The position numbers were made by a program, and so were the translations under genes. A stretch of 64,000 nt of DNA. It comes from Eledone cirrhosa (Eukaryota). The first letter of the stretch is position 1; each line of letters starts with the position of its first letter. The stretch covers positions 312,666,001-312,730,000 of the forward strand of contig OZ024741.1 in assembly GCA_964016885.1 (NCBI GenBank). The letters are read 5' to 3'. This document shows, one piece after another, positions 52,331 through 64,000 of this stretch. The notes beneath the pieces are model-generated. The model ran no database searches and had not been told where the DNA came from. It saw only the letters and a program-made list of their open reading frames with translations.

Positions 52331-54996
52331 TTTTTCCACTGTCAATTCTTCTGTCTTTATTTCCCCGAATTTTCTTCCTGAAAGTGGATGTAAATATTTC
52401 ATTACAATTTAGTATGTATTCTAATTACAACGTATCATGTTTATTCTAACGCCTACATATGTTAATACAATCATGGTACCTGGTTTCTGTGAGAGTAGCT
52501 ATATTTTGAACAACTGGGTGGTAAAAGTGAGAACTAGAATATAATGTTGAGAGCTATGTTTTTCAGGTTAAGACAAAAAAAACATGTTACAGTTAAATTA
52601 CACATTAATTATTATTTTTATTACAGCAAATGGAAATTTAAAAATTATTAAATAATATTGTATTTAACAAAATAAAAATAATTGACGAGGGAATGACGAC
52701 TTGGTCACAATCTGATATTCAGTCATGTCTATAACACATTATTAATTTCTCATCAAAGACAACTTCTGGTATCACTAATAATTTCCAGAGAGATATTCTC
52801 ATCGAACAATCTAAATCCTCCATTCTTATATGATTGAAAAATTAACCCAGGAAAGATCATTATTTTCACCAATATAAAATATGTTCTTGTGTCATTTATT
52901 TTGACTCACTTATGTTCTGATACTAACGTGATTTTCACCTATATTGATTAGTCGATAGAATCAGTAACAGTCTTGTATTGCGAATCGGTTCGGTTTCTCA
53001 ATGCATATGTCATGACAGTTTATATTATCGTGGCCATGTAAGTCATATTTCTTATAGGTAATATGCCTTAGGTACATATATCAGTGCTGATGCAAATTGG
53101 TAATTGTATAAAACATTGTTAATCTTATATAATTAGATTTCTGAATAATATATTTGATGTTACTTGGCTGAGACTTCATCAGATTGAGTGTTATCACGTA
53201 TTTTTTATTTTATTTTAACTGGTTTAGGGAAATATATAGTTATTGAGATAATATCTATAACATGTCTTTTGAATAAATAAAAGTATTTGAGCGTCTTGTA
53301 TCAGTCAAAACCTAACAGATGCAAATGTCTCAGAACTGGCTACATCTAATTGGTTCTGCGAATTCATTTGTTTGAAAGTTATTTGAATGGTTAACATATT
53401 TATTAAAAGTGGGGATGAGAAACTTTCTTTATGGTTGCTGGACATGCTAAAGAAAGCAGTCAAAAACACAATGTTGTTCGCAAGACACTTAAATGTCAGT
53501 ATGGTGATGACTGAAATGTTTTTGATGATAGGTGTCTTCAGTTATGACTGACCTGAGCCTAAACAACAACTGAAGTGCGATAAAATTAGTAAACCCCAAC
53601 TCCAGTAAATTGTACAGTTATTAAAAAGGAAATTATCTCCAGATGGGTTTGAGCATGGACTAATGTAGTAGTGAAAAGCTATAATAGAATATAACATTTG
53701 GTTTCTTCATAATTAAGATATTATTTAATTTCCGAAAACCTTTGGTTAGCAGAGGCGGTAGCGCGCTGTTCTTAATGACATGTTGTAATGACATGTATCC
53801 TTTCACATACACAGTTTATATCTCATTCAGTAGAAACTTGACATCCACTCTTTCGTCCCCGACAAACTTTCTATGAGTTGTGATGTTGATATATTTACAT
53901 CTAGCTCTCCCTAAAATTTGCGTCCTTAAATTGTGTTCTTCAACTTATTGGTTTATCCTGCGGTAGTTTTAAACAATTACATCCCTGTTCGAATTGTTTG
54001 GCCTTCTGCTAAATCGCTGATTTTATTTATTATTCAATCAAATATGCTATCTGTCTAAACCAAGTATAAATCTAACCACGTTGTCGTCTTACAGCTTACC
54101 CCCCCTCTCTCTCTCTCTCTCTCTCAATCTCTCTCTCTCTATCTCTCTCTCTCTCTCTCGCTATCTCTCTCTCTCTCTCTCTCCGTATATATAGTACTGT
54201 ACCTTGTGTTCATTGTATTCACAACTAAATCAGGTGACTCGTAGAGATATTGTCACTGTATTAGACTTCTACATATTAGACTCAGTTATAAACCGTTTCA
54301 ATAAGTATGCATTTGACTCATGTTATCTTGTACTTGTAATGGTATAAAAAAAACTAAATATTGCTTGGGCTATAGAAAATGTAATTAACAAATCAAAATA
54401 TTTCTTGTCAAAACAATAAAATACTAATATGAAATATATAGGAAATTCACAATATTGAGAACTAGATGTACTACTTTACAGTTTCCAACATTATGCCTAA
54501 TGTATCTGTATTCAAATAACATCAAGGCAAAGCTTGTTTTAATGTATTAAACACAATTACTATGTTTCTGTCAAAAAGAAAATTTTAAATGTCCTGGTCA
54601 AATTATGAGGCAATAATTAGTTCAACGACTGCAATTAGTACATTTAATATTATACGTGGTTATTAATATTCACCGAACAACCTAACTGGGAAAATAAGTT
54701 TTAATATAGAAAACTCATCGCTGAAACATACGGAGGTCAATGACACAATATACAAATATAAAAAAACAAAACATTGTTATTGACTCTAAATCTAAACATC
54801 AGAAAGATTGAAATTCACCAATTACTTCTAACAATTGTATTGATACAAGAAATCACATACCTGTAAATGACTGGTGCAAGCACACCTGAAATTAACAGGA
54901 AAAGTAGGCACAACGCAATCATCACGATATAACCGGGATATAGTCCGTGTGTTTCTTCTGTTCAAAGGTAAAATATTATTTATATATATATATACA

Positions 54997-55080
<84 letters not shown>

Positions 55081-55308
55081 TAAAAGGAAAAGAAAATGCT
55101 GACAAATTGTTCCCAGTGAAAAATAGTTTAATTAGGAATAAGCAAAAATTAGTAATAGTATTGGTTAGTATTCAGATTTGGTTTTAAGTTTTTACCGGTT
55201 GCGCATTTCTAATGCTTTTCAAAAATAAATTTTGAGATAGAGCGCCCGTGATGTCTGCTCTAATCTGTAGAGCAAACATATATATATACATACACATATA
55301 TATATATA

Positions 55309-55459
<151 letters not shown>

Positions 55460-55504
55460 CAGAATAACAGAAAAGAAAAAAGAAAAAAAACAGGCAAACG
55501 CAGG

Positions 55505-57420
55505 AATATATATATACATGCACAAAAGGGACAGCCACGGGCACCAAAGTAGCCCCAACATATGCAACACACGTCATGGGTCATCTAGATGTAACGTTAT
55601 ATTCCCATCTGCAGGAAACATTCAGTCACGACTTTGCCACCTACATTAATAACAAATGGATATGTTACCTAATCGAATGCTTCATCTTCTGTAATAGAAG
55701 TCAAGGAGACCTACTAAGATTCCATTCCCTCATGAACAGGCTCCATGAAGGAAAACAATTTATCATGGATTGAAATAAAAAGGAACGACCGTTTTTGGAT
55801 ATCATTATCATTATCGAAAAAGAAAATTTTAAAATGTCCTGGTCAAATTATGAGGAAATAATTATTCAAACGACTGCAATTAGTACATTTAATATTATAC
55901 GTGGTCATTAATATTCACCGAACAACCTAACTGGGAAAACAAGTTTTAATATAGAAAACTCATCGCAGAAACATACGGAGGTCAATGACACAATATACAA
56001 ATATAAAAAAAAAAACAATGTTATTGACTCTAAATCTAAACATCAGAAAGATTGAAATTCACCAATTACTTCTAACAATTGTATTGATACAAGAAATCAC
56101 ATACCTGTAAATGACTGGTGCAAGCACACCTGAAATTAACAGGAAAAGTGGGCACAACGCAATCATCACTATATAAGCGGGATGTGTGGATTGGCAGTAT
56201 CGGTAGAGAGTCGGACACCATGCTTTGAAGCATAGAGTTACGTCCCTTTATGATCTGAGTTCAAATCCCGCCGAGGTTAACTTTGCCTTTCATCCTTACG
56301 GGGTCGATAAAATAAAGTGCCAGTAATGTACTGGGTAATTGCTGGCCTTGTGCCTAAAATAGAAACAATTATCATTATCGGTAGAGGGTCGGACACCATG
56401 CTTTCCAGCATAGTTACGTCCCTTTACGGTCTGAGTTCAAATCCCGTCCGTCCAGGTTAACTTTCCCTTTCATCCTTGCGGGGTCGATAAAATAAAGTAC
56501 CAGTAATGTACTGGATAATTGCTGGCCTTGTGCCAAATGTAGAAACAATTATCATTAAAGAAGGGGTAAATATAAAAACAGACCTATTTTACAAACCAGC
56601 AGACACACACCAGCACTTGAATTTCCGATCAGCACACCCCTCACATACCAAAAGGAACATACCCTTTAACAAAACGCATTTGCACAAAGTAACGCAACCC
56701 ACACTACAGGAAAAAAGATTATATGAACTAAAAGAGTTCCTTAATAGACTATCCGGTGATCTTCATCAATACGGCTATCTCCAAGCCCAAGAATATCCCA
56801 GTGACAAAACAGAAAAACAAACCAACAAAATAAAAGGGGAAAAGCAGTTATCCCTTTTGTCATCACTTATAATTCAAAGAACTTGAACATTGTGAAAGCC
56901 GCTATATAATATCTCCCGATTCTCAAGCAGTCCTCCAAAATAAAAGCACTCATAAAACTCACAAATACTATGTAGTGGACGCCAAGCAGCTAACTTTTTA
57001 AAAAATTCTTATTAAGACGAAATTTACGTCTGACAATGAAACAATGCAAGTTAAGAAATGCGGGAACTCTCTATACGGAACTTGCTAATACATTGAAGAG
57101 GATGGACAAATCTCCTTTAGAAACAATGACATTTTCAAATTTAAGGCAAGCGTGAATTCCAAAACAAAAACCTTAATTTAGTGTGTGAGCTGCCCAAAAT
57201 ATGAAGAATACTACATTTGAGAACGTGTCTACATGATAGGGTTCAGGCCACTAAAAAACAAATTGGAGACTCCTCTGTCAGAAACACCACATGCAGTGAA
57301 CACTTCGCATCATGCGGGAAGAGAAAATTCACAATTTTCCCCTTCTTCAAGATATGGTCGGACAAAGAACATTCCCCAAAATATAAAGAATTTTTCATTA
57401 CAAATAAAGAAAAAAAAATT
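55505..57420 (+). pseudogene. Degraded Penelope-like RT + GIY-YIG (PLE4), interrupted at ~55815-56553
   Basis: [51 protein letters not shown]...YI, SEHF. Confidence 0.85.
56186..56550 (+). mobile_element. Two tandem SINE copies (56186-56370 and 56377-56550)
   Basis: Same family; each ends in ATTATCATTA. Confidence 0.9.
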
Positions 57421-58107
57421 TACTGAACACAAAACAATGATATTCCATCTTTCAATACTGGGATTCTTTTTAAAAAATCGCATATTGGAAATATTTTTTT
57501 TTAATATGCATATAGAAGTGGATGACACCCACACTTTCAAACATTCGATCATTGAAGAGGAGAACAAACCTCGGAGGTATTCCATTTCATTAATTCCCTC
57601 TCCACACTGTATATGTGAAGTTAAATGCTTGAGATATATTTATGCACATGTGTGTATATGTCGATATATATGTATGCATATGTATGAATCTATATATATA
57701 TGTGCGTATGTGGATACAGATGCGGATACGCGTGTTCATGTATGTACATATGAATATGCATGAATTTACGTGTGTGTATAGGCTTACTTCTGTATATAAA
57801 TATATCTATGTGTACACATGTATGTAAATGTATCTATGGGTGTGTGTTTGTGCTCCACAGTTCTACCTGTAATTCAGAAGGGTCAGGTTGTGACACACTG
57901 TATCACACTGAGTCTCCCTGACGCCAAGGATACGCATTGCTGTGGAATGTATTCATGGGTGTATATGTAAGTTTATATATGTAGGTGTGTGTATGTAAGT
58001 GTTTATGTATGTGTGTATATGTGTATATGTGTATGCGTAAATATGTATATGTGTATATGCAGGTATGTTTGTATGTGTACATGTATGTGTATGCATGTAT
58101 GTATATA

Positions 58108-58138
<31 letters not shown>

Positions 58139-58139
58139 C

Positions 58140-58404
58140 ACCTTGATCACCTTGACCGACCAGTCTGTCGGGCGTCCATTTGGAGCCGCTGGTCACAGCA
58201 CGTCGTGCTGTTTTAGCCATAAGATAACGCCATCCCATTGGCTGGGCGGGCAGGCCGGCACCTCTTCATCTCATTTCTACAGCTGAGTAAACTCGAGCAA
58301 CGTGAAATAAAGTGTATTGCTCAAAGAAAGAACACATCACCCGGGCTGAGAATTGAACTCACAACCTTTCGATTGCAAGCTCAATGCTCTCACCACTAAG
58401 CCAT
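58140..58404 (-). mobile_element. Second tRNA-derived SINE family (a third SINE-like remnant at ~44320-44520)
   Basis: Minus strand TGGCTTAGTGG (A box) and GAGTTCAATTC (B box), then TTGAGCAATACACTT. Confidence 0.7.
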
Positions 58405-58415
58405 GTGTGTGTGTA

Positions 58416-58482
<67 letters not shown>

Positions 58483-58959
58483 CAGTACGTGTACGTCTGT
58501 AAATATTTGGGTATGTATGTACTTGAATATGTGAATGGGTTGTATGTATGTTTATATGTAGGGAGATAGATATGTGAGTAAGTATGAGGCCTCCTTCACC
58601 CCACCTTCTAAAACAACAACAACAACAAACATCTCTCTCAACAAAGATTCACAAACTTATTAACTTTGTTTTATATCCTCACCAAAATACACTTAGGAAA
58701 ATCTGACCACTCTCAATTAATCATCTTATTTTCCTTTTTGTTGTCATTCTCTTTTGTGCTTACATATTTCTTCACCAAAGATCATCTAGTGAAATGTGAA
58801 CAGCAGGAGGGAATTTTACAACCAGTTTTTAAACTCTCATTAAACATCCATTAACTTTGATTCTTTTCTTATTCTTTCACCAAATATATTTTAGGGAGGG
58901 ATGAAGGGGGAGGGTGATTGGGTTTTCAGTCTAGGGCAAGCGGGCAGAAGTCTTGCGCC

Positions 58960-59335
58960 CCACGGACAAGACGTCAAAAGCATTCCCGCGGACGATAGCC
59001 AGTGACACCCACTGCAACAGCCAACCACCCTCGCGGGGCTCCCTCCTCAGACGGGCCACCGACACACCCATATTGCGGAGGAGCTCGGCAATACGGGGTC
59101 CAAATAAGCCTGAGGTCTCAACGGTGACCGGTGCGAAGATGAAGCGGCCGGATAAACCACGGTATTTGTTTATTTTACGTTCTTCTTATTTTACGCGATG
59201 CCGGGGTTTGTGGTCGAAGCGACTAAGCTGGAGGCGGAGACCGTGTCGCAGCAGGTCGTGTCCCAGATAAGGGATCTACCTCCTTCGAATGGGATGAGGC
59301 TGATACCTTCGAGGCGCTTGCCATCTCCGCAGTCA
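58960..59335 (-). pseudogene. CRE-type non-LTR retrotransposon endonuclease fragment (related piece at 61733-61830, +)
   Basis: DGKRLEG.SLIPF..GRSLIWDTTCCDT, FAPVTVETSG..G, LLQWVSLAIVRGNA. Confidence 0.8.
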
Positions 59336-59385
59336 GCATATGATTGGTATGTAGTTCTCATATTCCTGTTCAAAAATAAAATACA

Positions 59386-60352
<967 letters not shown>

Positions 60353-60599
60353 AATATATATATGCGTGTGTAACGAAGGAGGTGTGGTAAGAGCCAGATG
60401 GACCATAATGCACCAGTATATACATATATACTGAGAGAGAGAGAGGAGGGGGTGGGAGATATATCTCCCTCTCGTATATATATGGAGAGAGAGAGAGGTG
60501 GGGAGAACGATCTGTCCTTTTACTAAATAACATTAGTAAGATCAGTATAGAACTTAGTACTTTATATATTAAAGAAAATAGAAATGATTAAAATCAATT

Positions 60600-61000
60600 T
60601 TTATATCGATTATTAAAATACCCTTATATTTGGTGAGAGTCATGTTATAATATTTGCAGAAATAATAATAAATCTCACTAACTGTTTGATTTGGGTTGGT
60701 TTTCGCTTCAGTATATTTTAGATCCTTATAGTTAATTCAGCTAGGAAATCTATGTTTATCATTGATTGACCAACAGTCAAAAATAAATATAGATATAATT
60801 ATATATATAGTCTCTCAGAGTTCTTTCGTCACACACTTGTCACATCATCAGTGACACTATTATATTTCCTCCCGTTGTGTTGCTGTAATGTTTATTTATT
60901 CTATTTTATTTATTTATTTATTGATATCTCTGTTTGCACATGCATTTGTGTGCGTGTTTTCTGATGGGTGTGTATTCGTGTCTGAATCTGTATGTGTTTG
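60600..61000 (-). mobile_element. Old PLE pseudo-LTR remnant with degenerate HHR (60815-60854)
   Basis: TCA-CTGATGA-t-GTgACA...TGTGAC-GAAA-GAAC-TC-TGA; flanks resemble the PLE1/PLE2 pseudo-LTRs; boundaries approximate. Confidence 0.7.
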
Positions 61001-61193
61001 TATTCCATCTTTGGTCACAAATGTGTGTTTATGTGTGGTTGTTGCCGTCTATTCCCTCCCCTATGCTATGGACTTTCTGTATTTTTGTTTTACTTTAGTT
61101 ACTTTTCGCCAACTTTACGGTTCACTGCAAATTATTTATTTATTCATTTATTTATTTATTTATTTACGTACACTGATCCCTCTTTTCTATTTT

Positions 61194-61730
61194 ACTAACT
61201 GACGTAGCCAGCTTCACTCTGGTAAATAGATGAGAGAAGACCCATAGAAGAGAAAATGCGTTGTTTGTTTTTTTCAGTACGAGGTGAGACTGTGGTATGT
61301 GTAAGCGACAAAAAAAAAAAAAATAAACAGTAAATGTATTCGAGATGCACCAGATTCTTTGTTTCATCATTCGTACATAGTATATGAAGGTTTCTAGGTG
61401 TTCCCACACGTGAACAACCTACATATAACTGTCCATAGTGAAAATGTGATTCTCATTTATTCGATTCTACAACTCTGAGCCAAAGTTTGTTTATGGTCAT
61501 AGCAAAACTGGCTCTAACAGGGAACTGAAGTCTTAAGAATTCGAATGGCAACTCAGTAGAGGAAGGGATTAGAGGAATCTTGGGAATGACTGAATTTTCT
61601 CCTTGATGATTGCCACCAAGAATAAGGACCTCGAAGAGATCATTTATCATCTGCCTGACTGTTAAGCGTGTGTCATTTCATAGAGGTGGCTGCTCCATGT
61701 TTCTCAAGAGGATGATGGGAGTTCCAGTCT
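61194..61730 (-). mobile_element. Helitron 3-prime end with decayed helicase
   Basis: IPKIPLIP...LPFEFLRLQFPVRASFAMTINK, YGQLYVGCSRVG; terminal hairpin CCAGAGTGAAGCTGG then TTAGT. Confidence 0.88.
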
Positions 61731-63500
61731 ATCTGAGGAAGGAGCCCCACAAGGTGAGGTCGCTGCTGCAGCGGGTGTCAGTGGACATTATCCGCGGAAT
61801 GCAGTCCCAACTGCACGAAGCCCTAAGCTAAGAGCCCATCACCCTCTCCTCTTCACCCTCACAATCTTCTTTGGTCCTAAAGTCTATCATTTCCCCCTCC
61901 TTTTCTTTCTCATTTAGGGCTTTTATTCTTCTTTCTTCTACTCTCCCACACAACCAGATTTGCCCTTCTTTACCCCCTTCCTCATTTGTAAATAAAATTA
62001 GTATATTACGTCATTATGTGAAGCGAGAAGAACCCATTCTTGCTATAGAAAAAAACTGCCTATGTTTGTTACGAAAAAATCAGGAGATTAACATTTTATT
62101 GAGAATAGCCGAATGATTTCCAGCTACCATATATGGAAAATGATGTTAATAAAAGTAAAATGGTTAAAGATAAATATATAGATATAGATAATTATACATA
62201 AATGTGTGTGTGTGCGTGTATGTGTATGTGTGTATGTGTGTGTGTGTGCGTGTATATGTGCGTGTGTTTTTCTGTGTGTGTGTGTGTAAACCAGAGTTCG
62301 AATCAGTGACGCGAAACACGATTATCACTGACAACGAACGTGCAGAGAGAATCCCTTATGGTTGATTCCCAACGTGCTAGAAATATCAGTCAGGCTGTGT
62401 AGCATATCCAAGATGTTTTTCTTATTCTTTGATTTTATAGAATTAGGATCAATAAACCTTCCTGAGAATACCCTCAATCCATTGCGCGTGGGACCCCATT
62501 TGCTCAGAATAGAGAGAGAGGAGACGGGCTGGAGAGGCGGAGACGATGACAGTGGGAGTTTGGTTTCTCTGTATTCGGAACTGGTGTACAGGTGTGTGTA
62601 ATTTTACACTATTAAACTAAAGAATAATTACCCCTATAGACAGGTTACACATGTTTCACTGACTTTGCCAAATTAACCCTGTCAAATCTTTACTCAGGCC
62701 ATTAACTCTTTCTTTAGAGTTGTCCTACCAAAAAAGATTGAACAAGCATAACCATTCCAAGATGGTGAATCTGTAAGTATATATTGCTCTACTTACGTTT
62801 CGATGTCAGTTTTCGTTAATGTGTGATGCGCCTAGGAACCAACCAAACAACCATCCAACCACCAAACAAATATCTCTCTTTTATATTATGTATAGATTAC
62901 TAAACTATTCGTTTGTCTCTGTTCTTTTCTTGCTTTCTATATATATACATCCTTTATTTTTTTTTGTTTTTTTTTAAATATTTACGTGTGTATATATATC
63001 TATGTACGTGTGTATCTCCATATGTGTGCGAGAGCATATACGTATACGTGTACGTATACATATATTTTTTTTTATGTTATACTTTTTATATATTCTAATA
63101 TTATATTTTTTATATATTCCTTCAACCTCAACCCTTTATTTTATTGTTATTAACTCTTTCGTTTTTTAGTTTTATTTTATTTTCATTTTTATTTTAATTC
63201 TTATCTTATTAGTATTCTTAATTTTTCCATGTTCCACCTTTCAGTTTACGGTCTATCTATACCGTAGCATCATTACCAGCATGACAACCATTATTAAAAT
63301 CATTGTGCCATCTGTAATGTTTTTCTTCATGTTAGCTCTTATTATTTATTGTTATTCATATTGTTTTCACGTTGTATATGTAAACCCCCGCTGTCACAGT
63401 GTTTTGTATTGTCCCCTATATGTCGGACCTTATGGCCAATAAATATGATCATTATAATAATAATAATAATAATAATATTAATAATAATAATAATAATAAT

Positions 63501-63688
63501 AATTGTTTCTACTTTAGGCACAAGGCCAGCAATTACCCAGTGCATTATTGGTACTTTATTTTATCGACCCCGTAAAGATGAAAGGCAAAGTCAACCTCGG
63601 CGGGATTTGAACTCAGATCGTAAAGGGACGTAACTATGCTGGAAAGCAAGGCGCCCGACCCTCTACCGATACTGCCAATCCACCGGCC
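63501..63688 (-). mobile_element. tRNA-derived SINE within (TAA)n
   Basis: Reverse complement of the 13152 family. Confidence 0.92.
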
Positions 63689-63740
<52 letters not shown>

Positions 63741-63750
63741 AATAAACAAC

Positions 63751-64000
63751 AAACAAGAAAGATCAGAGTCCTGGTGGAAGAAACGACTGAATGGTCAAAT
63801 CAGGGAAATGAGAAATGACATTGGAAAGCTTGAGTCCCTACTGAATGGGACACTAAAAAACATAGACACTAAAAATAGACTGGAAATAAAGTACAAAACT
63901 AGGAGGAAAAAGCTAAATATTATCATAGAGGAACTGAAGCAACGCATTGTAGCAAAGAGTGCAAAAATTAGGCGATACGAGAGCAGAGTCAGTCAGTATA
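63751..64000 (+). mobile_element. 5-prime-truncated R4/Dong-type retrotransposon ORF running off the window, preceded by (TAA)n
   Basis: Open frame SWWKKRLNGQIREMRNDI...EELKQRIVAKSAKIRRYESRVSQY, like the pre-RT region of R4/Dong; Dong elements target TAA repeats. Confidence 0.75.

Noticed and set aside
50941-52449. 502-, 360- and 275-aa repetitive ORFs
   Set aside because: All arise from a 12/60-bp minisatellite open in several frames on both strands; no other evidence of coding
57545-57585. Possible HHR remnant downstream of PLE4 (also weak candidates at ~25045-25100, ~40035-40090 and ~50268-50325)
   Set aside because: Core or GAAA too degenerate to support a call

Overview
AT-rich, repeat-saturated eukaryotic DNA. 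The SINE families and (TA)n/(CA)n/(TAA)n load suggest a cephalopod such as Octopus (inference). No intact host gene is visible, and most tracked ORFs are microsatellite artefacts. Recognisable mobile elements: a near-intact RTE LINE, four Penelope-like elements (PLEs), a CR1/L2-type LINE interrupted by a Buster-type hAT transposon (TIRs and 8-bp TSD), R4/Dong-type and CRE-type fragments, Helitron remnants and many tRNA-derived SINEs. The main hidden signal is a dense set of type I hammerhead ribozyme (HHR) folds, read by eye in more than a dozen unrelated repeat families. They sit in PLE pseudo-LTRs and in non-coding tandem or fold-back repeats inserted into (TA)n. Four families share a compensatory U3-A8 catalytic core, several have greatly enlarged stem II/III, and non-coding families share the PLE 'inverted arm plus fixed 3-prime tail' geometry. 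Together this suggests a Penelope-driven retrozyme ecosystem. All folds are manual; none has been computed or assayed.
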